64,000 nucleotides of DNA, taken from assembly GCA_044222185.1 (NCBI GenBank), contig JBGANV010000002.1, forward strand, positions 128,001 through 192,000, read 5' to 3'. Both the position numbers and the translations under genes were made by a program. This DNA comes from Planctomycetota bacterium (GTDB lineage Bacteria; Planctomycetota; GCA-002687715; CAIWVZ01). Positions 38,750-49,400 of this stretch are shown here, in pieces (position 1 is the first letter of the stretch; the number at the start of each line of letters is the position of its first letter). A model generated the notes under the pieces. The model was given only the letters and a program-made list of their open reading frames with translations. It ran no database searches and was not told the DNA's origin.

Positions 38750-39961
38750 ATGAAGGTCCTGTTTCTCTATCCCTACCTGCTGTACCCGGGCGTCGCTCAC
38801 GGCGGCGGTCGCCTCCTGGTCCCCCTTCTGGAACGCCTGCGCAAGCACGCCGAGATCACGCTCGTCTGCGGTTACCGGCCCCAGGAGCAGCAGTTCCTCG
38901 AGAGCGCACGGGAACTCGTGGCGCACCTCCACGCCGTGCCGCGACCGTTCAAGGTCGACAAGACGGTTCCCCTCCGCGCGGCCGAGCTCGCTCGTACGGT
39001 CACGAAGGAGCTCCTCACCGACGCGCCTCGCTTCGTCACCAAGCTCGACCGCCAGGTGTTCCATCGCGCCGTCGCCGAGGTTCGCGCCCACCGGCGCTTC
39101 GACCTGGTCCAAGTCGAGCTGGCCGGCTTCGCTCAATACATCGAAGCGCTCCGCGACCTGCCGTCGATCCTCGTAGACCACGAAGCCGGATCGGCATCGA
39201 GCCAGACGCCGGACACCGATCGACGGGTGCTTTCGTACGTGAAGCGCATCTATCCGCTGTTCACTCAGCTCTGCGCCCTTTCACCGGAGGACGCCGCATC
39301 GCTGGAGGCGATTCTCCCGGGCCGCGAGGTCCTCGTGCGCGCACCCGGCGTGACCCTGCCGGGAATCCCCGCCACCCCTTCCCCCGGAGATCCCGGCCGC
39401 ATCCTCTTCTTCGGCAGCGTCGATCACCTGCCGAACCGCGAAGCCCTCGAATGGTTCGCCGAAAACGTGTGGCCCCGGATTCACCAGGACGTGCCCGGCG
39501 CGCGGCTGATCGTCGCGGGTGGCCGCCTTCCCCTGATGCTCGGTGCCAAGCTCAAGCGCGCCGGGGTCGAGGTGCTCGGATTCGTCGAGAACCTCGGGGC
39601 CGAGCTCGAACGTGCGGCGGTCGTCGTGGCGCCCATTCGCTCGGGGCGCGGCGTCCGCATCAAGAACATCGAAACTCTCGCCGCGGCACGACCGCTCGTC
39701 AGCACTCGTCTCGGCGCGCAGGGACTTCGCCTCGTCGATGGCGAGACGGCGCTCCTCGCGGACGAAGCGGACACGTTCGCCGCCGCCGTGACGAGACTGC
39801 TCCGCAATCCCGCGGACGCGGTCGCCCTGGGCGTGCGCGGCCGTCGTCACGTGGAACACAACTACAGCCACGACCGCGCCGCCGAGTTCAATCTCGAGCT
39901 CTGGACGAAGATGGTTCGCTCGCCGACGGAATCGATCCGCGTCGGCATGGAAACGCACTGA
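38750..39961 (+). CDS. Glycosyltransferase family 4
   Basis: MKVLFL..HGGG, FFGSVDHLPNREA, GRGVRIKNIETLA. Confidence 0.9.
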   Translation: MKVLFLYPYLLYPGVAHGGGRLLVPLLERLRKHAEITLVCGYRPQEQQFLESARELVAHLHAVPRPFKVDKTVPLRAAELARTVTKELLTDAPRFVTKLDRQVFHRAVAEVRAHRRFDLVQVELAGFAQYIEALRDLPSILVDHEAGSASSQTPDTDRRVLSYVKRIYPLFTQLCALSPEDAASLEAILPGREVLVRAPGVTLPGIPATPSPGDPGRILFFGSVDHLPNREALEWFAENVWPRIHQDVPGARLIVAGGRLPLMLGAKLKRAGVEVLGFVENLGAELERAAVVVAPIRSGRGVRIKNIETLAAARPLVSTRLGAQGLRLVDGETALLADEADTFAAAVTRLLRNPADAVALGVRGRRHVEHNYSHDRAAEFNLELWTKMVRSPTESIRVGMETH

Positions 39962-40027
39962 ATCGAGGGCGGCCCGTGGCGGCCCCCGCTTGGCGCCGTT
40001 GCATGGCGTGGCTACAAGCGCGGTCCT

Positions 40028-41062
40028 TTGCCACTCCACCTCTTCCCCATCGACTCGTACCTGTGGTTCTACGCCGCGTTCGTGGCGTTCATCATCACGT
40101 TGCTGGTGTTGGACCTGAAGGTGTTCCACCGGAAGTCCCACGCGGTCTCGTCGAAGGAGGCCGGGCTGTGGAGCCTCTTCTGGTGCTCGCTCGCGCTGGG
40201 CTTCGGGGTCGTCGTCTACCTGGTGGCGCCCAAGCTCCTCGCTGCGGATCCGCGACTCGCGGGGTGGACGGGTGAGCAGATCGCGAAAGCCACGCGCGAC
40301 CTCACGATTCAGTACCTGAATGGGTACCTGATCGAGATCTGCCTCTCCGTCGACAACCTCTTCGTGTTCGTCGTCGTCTTCCAGTACTTCAGGATCCCCG
40401 GCCCGCTGCAACACCGGATCCTCTTCTTCGGCATCCTCGGCGCCATCGTGTTCCGCGCGATCTTCATCGCGGCGGCGTCGTTCCTCACGCAGTTCCACTG
40501 GGTGCTGATCGTCATGGGCGCGTTCCTGGTCTGGACCGGCCTGAAGATGTTCAAGGGAAGTGACGAGGAGATCGAGCCCGAGAACAACCTGGGCCTGAAG
40601 ATCCTGCGTCGCTTCTATCCGGTGACCTCGCGTCTCGACGGCGACTCGTTCTTCACTCTCGAGAACGGTCGCAAGGCGGCGACGCCCCTGCTCGTCACGC
40701 TCATCGTCGTCGAGATGACGGACATCGTCTTCGCCGTCGACTCGGTGCCAGCGGTATTCGGCGTCACGCAGGAACCGCTCGTCGTCTTCACGTCGAACAT
40801 GTTCGCGATCCTGGGCCTGCGGACGCTGTACTTCCTGCTGGCCAACGCCGTGCAGAAGTTCCACCTCCTCAAGTACGGCCTCGGCGTCATCCTCATGTTC
40901 GTCGGCCTGAAGATGTGCGCCTTCGACCCGCTGGGCTGGAAGCTGCCGCCGCTGGTGTCGTTGGCCGTCATCCTGGGCCTCCTGACGATCTCCATCGTGA
41001 TGTCGCTGACGATTCCACCGAAGTCGGACGAGGCCACGCAACAGCCTGGTCCCCACGCCTGA
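40028..41062 (+). CDS. TerC/Alx family metal homeostasis membrane protein
   Basis: GYLIEICLSVDNLFVF, QHRILFFGILGA, ATPLL, DIVFAVDSVPA, SNMFAILGLR. Confidence 0.93.
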   Translation: MPLHLFPIDSYLWFYAAFVAFIITLLVLDLKVFHRKSHAVSSKEAGLWSLFWCSLALGFGVVVYLVAPKLLAADPRLAGWTGEQIAKATRDLTIQYLNGYLIEICLSVDNLFVFVVVFQYFRIPGPLQHRILFFGILGAIVFRAIFIAAASFLTQFHWVLIVMGAFLVWTGLKMFKGSDEEIEPENNLGLKILRRFYPVTSRLDGDSFFTLENGRKAATPLLVTLIVVEMTDIVFAVDSVPAVFGVTQEPLVVFTSNMFAILGLRTLYFLLANAVQKFHLLKYGLGVILMFVGLKMCAFDPLGWKLPPLVSLAVILGLLTISIVMSLTIPPKSDEATQQPGPHA

Positions 41063-41094
41063 CCGCACGGTTCGCTGCCGAACGAGGAGCTCCC

Positions 41095-43539
41095 ATGGCG
41101 CGCATTCCACTCGTGGTGTTCGCGAGCGTCGTCGCCCTTCTCGCACAGGAACCCGCGACGACCTGGGTCGATTCGCTGACCCTCGACGTCGAGGGTCGGG
41201 CGTTCGCCGACGTCGCCGCGCCCTTCGATCGCCTGCCGGCCCGCGCGGAGACGCTCGTGCGCAAACCGGTGTGGGAGCTGAGTCGCAACTCGGCGGGCAT
41301 CGCGATCCGGTTTCGAACGGATGCGGAGAAGATCCAGGCCCGCTGGCGGGTGACGTCGGAGACGCTCGCCATGCCACACATGCCAGCGACGGGAGTCAGC
41401 GGCGTCGACCTCTACGTGCGTCTGGACTCGGGCGCATGGCGCTGGGCGGGATCCGGCCGCCCCAAGAAGCGCGATTCGGAGGCGACGTTGATCTCGGGTC
41501 TGTCCGTCGGGATGCGGGAATACCTCCTGTACCTCCCGCTGTACAACGGCACCGAGAAGCTCGAGATCGGCGTGCCTGCCGGTCGCAAGATCGAGAAGGC
41601 CGGTCCGCGCCCCGAGCCGTTCCGGCGGCCCGTCGTGTTCTACGGGACGTCGATAACGCACGGAGCGTGCGCGTCGCGTCCCGGAATGACGCACGTGGCG
41701 ATCCTCGGCCGTGACCTCGACCGGCCCGTCGTCAACCTGGGATTCTCCGGAAACGGAACGCTCGACCTGGAGATGGCCGATCTACTGGCCGAGATCGATG
41801 CTGCGGTCTACGTGCTCGACTGCCTGCCGAACATGAACGCGAAGACCGTCGCGGAGCGGGCGGCCCCCTTCGTGCGCAAACTTCGCGCGCTCAAGCCGGC
41901 AACGCCCATTCTCCTCGTGGAGGACCGGCGCGCACCGACGGCGGATCTCATCCCTGCGAGAAGCGCGTTTCACCGGGCGAACGCCGCCGCGCTCCGCACG
42001 AGCTACGAGACGTTGATGCGCGAGGGCGTCCCGGCGCTCTACTACCTCGGCACCGAGTTTCTCCTCGGGCACGACGGCGAAGCGACGGTCGACGACTCGC
42101 ATCCGACGGACCTGGGGTTCGAGCGGCAAGCGGCGGCCTTCCTCGAGAAGCTGCGGGACGCGCTCGCCCAGGACGACGCGCCGACACCGCTCGACCCCGT
42201 CCCGACCGCCCGTCAGCTTCGCTGGCACGCGCTCGAGTTCTACGCGTTCGTGCACTTCAACATGAACACGTTCTCGGACCTCGAATGGGGCAAGGGCGTG
42301 GAGGACCCGAACACCTTCAACCCGACGGCACTCGATTGCCGCCAGTGGGCGAAGGTCGCCCGCGAGGCCGGCATGAAGGCGATCATCCTCACTGCCAAGC
42401 ACCACGACGGCTTCTGCCTCTGGCCGTCGGCCCACTCCGCGCACACCGTGAGGCAGAGCCGTTGGCGCGACGGTCGCGGGGACGTCGTGCGCGAACTCAG
42501 CGACGCCTGCCGCGAGTTCGAGCTGAAGTTCGGCGTCTACATCTCACCGTGGGATCGCAACCACCCGGCCTACGGCGATTCACCCCGCTACAACGCGGTG
42601 TTCCGCGGTCAGTTGACCGAGCTCCTGTCGCACTATGGCGAAGTCTCCGAGGTCTGGTTCGACGGCGCGTGCGGCGAGGGCCCCAACGGCAAGAAGCAGG
42701 TCTACGACTTCCCCTCGTTCATCGACGTGGTGCGCCGGCTGCAACCGAACGCCGTGATCTTCAGCGACGCCGGTCCGGACATCCGCTGGGTCGGGAACGA
42801 GAATGGCTTCGCCGATCCGACGTGCTGGTCGACTCTTCGTCGCGACGAGTTCTTCCCCGGCTGTCCGAACTCGGCGGAGCTCACGCAAGGCCACGAGGGC
42901 GGGACCCACTGGGTGCCCGCCGAGTGCGACGTCTCGATCCGGCCGGGCTGGTACTACCACGCCGATCAGGACGCCAAGGTCAAGTCGGTGGAGCAACTCC
43001 TCGACATCTACTACCGATCCGTCGGGCAGAACGGATCGCTGCTCTTGAACCTCCCCGTCGACCGGCGTGGCCTCGTCCACGAGAACGATGCAGCGCGTCT
43101 GATGGAGCTCCACCAGGCGCTCGCGACGACGTTCGGCCGCAACCTCGCGAGCGGGATGGCGGCGCAGGCGAACAACGTCCGCAGGAAGCTCGAACGGTTC
43201 GGCGCGGGACGGATCACCGACGGCGATCCGGAGACGTACTGGGCCGCTGACGACGGCGTGACACGGTGCGAGCTCACGCTCGAGGCAAGAGAGGCCACGA
43301 CGTTCGACCGCATCCAGCTCATGGAAGCAATCGCGTTGGGGCAGCGCGTCAAATCCTTCGGCATCGATGCCTGGGTCGACGGGGCGTGGACGCGGATCGC
43401 CGACGGGACGACGATCGGCCACAAGCGGATCTTCCGCGTCCCGCCGGTCACCACGACGAAAGTGCGCGTCGTGATCGGCGATGCACGGGCCTGCCCGGCG
43501 ATCGCCGAGTTCTCACTCTTTCGGTCGGCGGGGTCGTGA
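41095..43539 (+). CDS. Secreted fusion: SGNH/GxDLY esterase + GH29 alpha-L-fucosidase + F5/8-type C (CBM32-like) domain
   Basis: GVDLY, FYGTSITHG, NLGFSG, D.SHP; then FVHFNMNTF, TAKHHDGFCLWPS, YISPWDRN, WFDGA, RWVGNE, SIRPGWYYH; then DGDPETYW, TIGHKRI. Confidence 0.9.
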   Translation: MARIPLVVFASVVALLAQEPATTWVDSLTLDVEGRAFADVAAPFDRLPARAETLVRKPVWELSRNSAGIAIRFRTDAEKIQARWRVTSETLAMPHMPATGVSGVDLYVRLDSGAWRWAGSGRPKKRDSEATLISGLSVGMREYLLYLPLYNGTEKLEIGVPAGRKIEKAGPRPEPFRRPVVFYGTSITHGACASRPGMTHVAILGRDLDRPVVNLGFSGNGTLDLEMADLLAEIDAAVYVLDCLPNMNAKTVAERAAPFVRKLRALKPATPILLVEDRRAPTADLIPARSAFHRANAAALRTSYETLMREGVPALYYLGTEFLLGHDGEATVDDSHPTDLGFERQAAAFLEKLRDALAQDDAPTPLDPVPTARQLRWHALEFYAFVHFNMNTFSDLEWGKGVEDPNTFNPTALDCRQWAKVAREAGMKAIILTAKHHDGFCLWPSAHSAHTVRQSRWRDGRGDVVRELSDACREFELKFGVYISPWDRNHPAYGDSPRYNAVFRGQLTELLSHYGEVSEVWFDGACGEGPNGKKQVYDFPSFIDVVRRLQPNAVIFSDAGPDIRWVGNENGFADPTCWSTLRRDEFFPGCPNSAELTQGHEGGTHWVPAECDVSIRPGWYYHADQDAKVKSVEQLLDIYYRSVGQNGSLLLNLPVDRRGLVHENDAARLMELHQALATTFGRNLASGMAAQANNVRRKLERFGAGRITDGDPETYWAADDGVTRCELTLEAREATTFDRIQLMEAIALGQRVKSFGIDAWVDGAWTRIADGTTIGHKRIFRVPPVTTTKVRVVIGDARACPAIAEFSLFRSAGS

Positions 43540-44703
43540 GAGCACGAAACTCAATCGTTCCGCGACGTTCTTCGCCGCGGCGTCCCAGGTGAGGTTCGCC
43601 CGCACGTGAGCGGACGCCCGCTGGCCCATCTCGCGCATGCGAGGTCGGTGGTGGGCTGCGAGCTTCAGCAGCGCCGCGAGGTGATCGATGCTCGGTTCCA
43701 GCGTCCACGCCGGACCGACCGTCTGCATGGGCGTGGTCATCGTGCGCCGATCGGACGGGATGAACACCGCCGTCCCCTCGGAGCAGAAGTCGTCCGTGCT
43801 CCCTCCGCGCGTGACGATGGGCGTGAGCCCGCACGCCATCGATTCTGCCACCGGAAGCGCGAACCCTTCGCCGCGATACGGATGTACGAGCATGTGACAC
43901 GCCGTATACAGCGACGGCAGTTCGCAGAGTGGCATGTCGTCGTCGATGTAGACGATCTCGCCGGCGTCCGGCATCGCCTGCACCTTGCGAATCCCCTCGT
44001 GGAACGTCTGCCCCTTGTAGGCGTTGTCGCGGCAGAAGTCTTTGATGACGAGACAGACGTCGTCGGTGCGACGGAACGCCTTGACCCAGGCTTGCAGCAG
44101 GACGTCGATGCCCTTGCGGTGGATCGTCCCGCCGACGAAGAGGAAGCGGAACGACTTCTTGGTTGCGTTCACGATCCGAGGGTGCGGAGGCGCGTCACTC
44201 GAGAACGATGAATCGACCCCGAGGCGGATCACGTGGACGCGCTCCGGGTCCACGCCGTCATCGACGTAGGCGGATCGGTTGACGTTCGCGTAGACCCACA
44301 CGTCGTCCGCGCGATCGCGGAACGCCCGGATCCACTCGGCAGGCATACTGCCGAACTCCCACGGCTGGAAGACGACCCAATGCCCGGGACCCGGGCTCTT
44401 GAGGATCGGCGGCCACACGTGCGTGATCTCGAGATCGGCTGGGGTCTTGCGCCGCTGGCGACGCGCGGCGGCAAGCAGGGCCGCGGACTCGTCGCCGGCC
44501 TTGCCGGGGTTGAACGCGGCCTTCCCCGACTGTGAGACCTCCACGTCGAACTCGGGCAGCCCAGCCAGACCGCCCGCGAGCCTTCGGTTCACGAGTGCGA
44601 GGCTGTGATGGACGAAGAACTCGCCGTGCCAGCGCACGTGGGCAACGCGCGGCGGCGCCACCGGACCGGTCGCGGTCCCCGATGTCCCAATCCCATTCAT
44701 CAC
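43513..44703 (-). CDS. Glycosyltransferase family 4
   Basis: PWEFG, FRFLFVGGTIHRKGIDVL, HPYRGEGFALPVAESMACG. Confidence 0.9.
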   Translation of the reverse strand: MMNGIGTSGTATGPVAPPRVAHVRWHGEFFVHHSLALVNRRLAGGLAGLPEFDVEVSQSGKAAFNPGKAGDESAALLAAARRQRRKTPADLEITHVWPPILKSPGPGHWVVFQPWEFGSMPAEWIRAFRDRADDVWVYANVNRSAYVDDGVDPERVHVIRLGVDSSFSSDAPPHPRIVNATKKSFRFLFVGGTIHRKGIDVLLQAWVKAFRRTDDVCLVIKDFCRDNAYKGQTFHEGIRKVQAMPDAGEIVYIDDDMPLCELPSLYTACHMLVHPYRGEGFALPVAESMACGLTPIVTRGGSTDDFCSEGTAVFIPSDRRTMTTPMQTVGPAWTLEPSIDHLAALLKLAAHHRPRMREMGQRASAHVRANLTWDAAAKNVAERLSFVLSRPRRPKE

Positions 44704-44771
44704 GTCGGGATATCGGCAACGCGATGCCGCCGGCTTGAGGAAGCAGGCGGCTGCCGGGTTAGGCTTCCGCC

Positions 44772-46178
44772 ATGATTCCCGTTCTCCTTGCGGCCGTCCT
44801 GACGCTCGTCACGCAGGATCCTGGGTTCGATGCGACCTTCACCGGCCGCACGTTGCGGTTCGACTACAACCACGCCGGCAAGTCCGGCGAGGAGCACGTC
44901 GCGCTCCGCGGCATGCGGCTCGAGGGCCCGTGGGCCGGACCGCGCGCCAGGCTGACCGACGATCTGAATCTGGGTCAGTTCCGGGTCCGCATCCTCGACA
45001 CGAAGACGAAGCGGCTGCTCTATGCCCATGGCTTCGGCAGCATCTTCGGCGAGTGGCAGACGACGGGCGAGGCGAAGACCGCCTGGCGCGCCATCGAGGA
45101 GTCCGTCCGGTTCCCCGAGCCCAAGGCACCGTTCACCCTGGCTCTCGATCGCCGTTCCGATGGGGGGACCTTCGAACCCATCTTCTCAGGCGACTGGGAT
45201 ACGGAAGGCCGAACCATCGACCGCAGCCCCATCACACCGCGCGGTGAAGTCATCACGCTGATGGACAACGGCCCGGCCGCGAAGAAGGTGGACATGCTGT
45301 TTCTCGCCGAGGGCTACACGGCGGACCAGCGCGAGAAGTTTCGCGGCGATGCCACGCGCGTGCTCGGCGCATTGTTCGAGACGGAGCCCTACAAGCGTCA
45401 TCGCACCGACTTCAACGTGCGCGGGATCTTCCTTCCCGCGGCGCAGGCGGGCATCAGCAATCCACGCAAGGGCATCTGGCGTGACTCGCCCTTCGGATGC
45501 ACGTTCAACTCCTTCGACAGCGATCGCTACGTGCTCACGCTCGCCGATCGCAACCTCCGCGAGATCGCGGCGCAGGCGCCCTATGACGCGCTCGTCATCC
45601 TCTTCAACGACCGCAAGTATGGCGGCGGCGGAATCTACGGCCTGTGGTCCACGTGCGCGGCCGATTCCAGCGAGGCGAACTACCTGCTGGTCCACGAATT
45701 CGGTCACGCCTTCGCCGGTCTCGCGGACGAGTACTACACGTCGCAAGTCGCCTACGAGCAGTTCCCGCCACCCGGCACCGAGCCGTGGGAGCCGAACGTC
45801 ACGGCGTTGCGGGATCCCAAGGCCCTGAAGTGGCGCGATCTCGTCGACGCCGACACGCCCCTACCCTCGCCGTGGAATCAGGCCGCCTACGACGCCACCG
45901 ATCTGGCCCTCCAGGCGAAACGCAAGGACCTCATCGAGAAGCGTGGCACCGACGAAGCGATGGAAGCCCTGTTCGGAGAGACGAAGAGCATCACGTCGAA
46001 GATGCTCGAGTCCGAGAAGCTCTTCGGGAAGGTCGGTGCGTTCGAAGGTGCCAACTATCAGGCGAAGGGTTACTTCCGCCCCGAGCTCGACTGCATCATG
46101 TTCACCCGCAACCCGAAACGGTTCTGCAAGGTCTGCGAGCGGGCGATCGAGACGGTGATCGCCTCGTATCTCGACTGA
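44772..46178 (+). CDS. M64 family (IgA peptidase-like) metallopeptidase
   Basis: Signal peptide, TLRFDY.H.G, KVD.LF.AEGYT, YGGGG, HEFGHAFAGLADEY, C-terminal DCIM..FCKVC. Confidence 0.9.
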   Translation: MIPVLLAAVLTLVTQDPGFDATFTGRTLRFDYNHAGKSGEEHVALRGMRLEGPWAGPRARLTDDLNLGQFRVRILDTKTKRLLYAHGFGSIFGEWQTTGEAKTAWRAIEESVRFPEPKAPFTLALDRRSDGGTFEPIFSGDWDTEGRTIDRSPITPRGEVITLMDNGPAAKKVDMLFLAEGYTADQREKFRGDATRVLGALFETEPYKRHRTDFNVRGIFLPAAQAGISNPRKGIWRDSPFGCTFNSFDSDRYVLTLADRNLREIAAQAPYDALVILFNDRKYGGGGIYGLWSTCAADSSEANYLLVHEFGHAFAGLADEYYTSQVAYEQFPPPGTEPWEPNVTALRDPKALKWRDLVDADTPLPSPWNQAAYDATDLALQAKRKDLIEKRGTDEAMEALFGETKSITSKMLESEKLFGKVGAFEGANYQAKGYFRPELDCIMFTRNPKRFCKVCERAIETVIASYLD

Positions 46179-46488
46179 ACGGAGCGATCGCGGGGCGATC
46201 CAGCTGACCGTCCTCCTCGTCGCTGCGAATCCACCCTGTGCGCCTCACGCGGTCGCAGGCGCGGCGGAGCTCGGTGCACGCGAGATTCCCCCACCGACGT
46301 CCACCGCACCCTCGAGCGTCGACACGATGCCGCCGCGCGGCCGAGCATGATCGCGACGGCCGCGTTGGCAGCCGTCGCCCGGTCACCGGAGCACGGCGCG
46401 CGGTCTCTTGCGTCGAGGCCGACGGTCAAGACGACGAGCCCCGGGCGAGCGGGGCGCTCCGCTGAGAGCGTCGGATCCTCGGCGGTCG

Positions 46489-49400
46489 TCAGTTCGGCCA
46501 GAGAAGCCGCAGAAGCCACGCGGACGATGGCGGTGTCGACCCGGTGTCGGCTCGCGCGTCGATGCTCTGGAGAAGAACCAGTCGTTTCGCGGCGAGAGGG
46601 TCGGGCTCGGTGATGTGAACCAGGTCCGCCGGCGAGAGGAGTGTGGGCGACATGATCACATTGCGAGGGTCGAGGCTATGCGACGGATCGAGCGCCGCGG
46701 GCATCCATGGCTGGACACCTGCCGCCAGAACGTGCCACACCTCGTGCGAGAAGATGTGCGGATTCAACCCGAGCGTGAACACCGGCCCGCCGGGCACCAC
46801 GGGTGGCGTCGTCACACCCATGGCGTACTTGCCGACGAAGATCGTGTTGTCGAAGGCGTCGGCGTGCGGGAACCCGACCGGGAAATAGGAAAGCCCGTAC
46901 GTCGCACCGCCCGGCAGCACGGCGTCCGCGTTCAGGATGAAGACGTCGATCGCCGTCGGGTCCATCCGCCCGTAGTTCAGACACATGGCATAGGTCCCGA
47001 GGCTGAACGCGTCCGACGGCGGAGATGCGAAGCCCTCGACGCCGAACCCGACCGTCGGCGGCGGATTCCCTTCGATCGCGAATGCGCGCGTGATGTTCGC
47101 CCGGAACGGGATCTCGCGACGGTTGATGAGGACCATGTATTGAGGACCCGTGGGCCACGCGATCGTTTGGAACTCGGGGACGAGGTAACCCTCGGGCAGC
47201 TGCGTCGTCGCGATCGCGATGATCAAGTTGTTGACGACAGTGGCGATGTTGTCGCCCAAGAGGAAGTCGACCCGGACCTCGACCCCGTTGACCTCTCCGC
47301 TGATGGCACCAGCACCGAGCGTGTACGCGGTGGGCTGCGTCTGCCAGAAGTGGATGGCGTTGTTGACGGGATTCAGATTGGTCGTTTCCGACGCATGGAC
47401 ACGCATTCCCGCCTGTGCGAGGTCATCGTTGATCCAATCGACTGCCTCGTCGTAGTTCCACGCTTCGCCAGGGAGTCCGAACAGCCGCAGCCTGGCGGTG
47501 CGCAACGCGTTGACGCCCGCCTCGGTCGGAGGTCTGAAAACCGGAAGCGACCGCTCGGTGAATGCGTTGCCGTTGATCTTCAGCGACGCACTCACGGAAT
47601 CGTTCGAGTAGATCTCGTTCGGATTGACGGGCGGATTGTCCAGCCGCGCGAGGCGCGTGTAGATCCCCCCGTGCGCGTCGTCCAGGTCATTCGAGACGAG
47701 ACGGACGAAGCCAGTCCGCAGGGCATCGACCGTTCCGATGGTCCCCGGAGTCAACGTGTACTGTTCGATGCTTCGCGGATAGGGTGGCTGGCCCGGGACC
47801 ATGACGGCGATGTCCACCTGGGCGTTCACCGATGCATCGAGCCCAACGACCTCCACCCTGAAGTTGTCGACGTCGCCGGTCGGGGCGGCATCGAAGACGA
47901 GCGGCGGCGGAAACGAGTTGTCCACATCCGCGTTCGTGAGCCGGATCGTCACCATCTCGCTGATCTCGAGGGCGGCGGACGGCCCATAGAGCGGAATCGG
48001 ATCGGAGAGGTCGCCGAGGAAGCGGAGACCGACGACCGATACGCTCACGACGTTCCGGCACATGAACCGCGCGGTGGTCATGTCGCTGTAGACGGCCGCG
48101 TGGATGTGCGTCTGGCCGGGCGCCCTTCCTTCGACCCAATAGGTCTGCGTTCCTGCGGCGGCAAAGGTGACGTAAGCACCATTGGTCACTTCACCGGTCT
48201 TGTTCGGATTCGTGAAGATCTTCACGCCGTCGACCGGGAACCAGCTCAAGCGCACGCGGCTTTGGCTGGATGGCGGCCCGAACGGGATGACGATCTGAAG
48301 CTGCTTGAGGTCGTCCTCGCCGTTGATGCTGGCCTCTCCGAGGTCGCTCGCGCCATTCGCGTTGTCGTCGTCGTCGTTCAACGGAATGAGATTGCCGAGA
48401 CGGCACTCCTCGGTCGCATTGTCGGTCGTGTTGATCGTTCCGTCGTTGTTCGAGTCCACGCGGACGTCGACACAGGGGTAGACGGTGAGCTGCACGCTCG
48501 GCGGCGTGACGATCGGGTCGTCGAAGTTCGCCCAGACGCCCGTGCCCGTGTACCACTGCGGCATCCCGTCGTCGCCGGTCAGCGAGACGCGAACGATAGT
48601 CGCGGCCTGGATCTTCGGAACCCAGCAGATCGGCTGCTGTGCCGTCGAGGAGCTGGATCCAGCGAGGAAGCTGGTTCCGGGCTCGCTGACGAACCAACCC
48701 GGTGTCGTCTGCAGCGTCCACGCGTAGCGCACCGAGTCTCGGCAATCGTATTCGATCGCACCGCCGCCGCAGTCCCACTTCTTCCGGTCGAAGTCCCTGA
48801 CGTTGCCCCAGAACGGGCTCGGTGTCTCGGCACAAATGAATCCGTCACCGGGGCCGCTCGACGCCGCCGTGAGTCGATAGGGCGACACCTGATTGATGGG
48901 AAGGGGCGACGTCAATTGACAAATGCACGACGCCCCGACCTGGCCGATGATCGTTCCTGGCGGCGTTTGCGTGCAGTATGCGTTCGGCTGATCGATCTTG
49001 ACGCGATAGGTGCCGTTCGCGTTGTGCCAGATCGTCACGGTCAGTTCGGGTAGTCCGCCATCGCATTGGGGCCGTTCCACGCGAGGGTCGTCCATCGTCA
49101 CTGGCACGGAAACTCCGGTTGCTGGCGTGAAGAAGCCGTCATCGATGTCCATCTGGATCTTGAACGTGATCGAGGAGCCTCGGTCGATCTTCCACCCGGG
49201 GTAGAAGATCACGGTGTCGCCCTGGCACGAGCGGACCTCGCGACATTGGCGATCGATGAACGTGGACCCACTCGGGGTCGTGTCCTGCAGGATCCAGCTC
49301 ACGTGTGTCGAGTCTCGGTGCGGATACACGTTGAGCGGAGAGATCCGGTCACCCTGGGTTCCCCAGAACGTGGCTTCGTCGAGGTCGTACGGAAACACAC

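Noticed and set aside
39962-40027. yybP-ykoY riboswitch expected before terC/alx
   Set aside because: Only 66 nt of intergenic DNA and no recognisable motif
46408-49053. 881-aa plus-strand ORF
   Set aside because: Antisense shadow of the secreted zincin-like gene, which has the signal peptide and motifs
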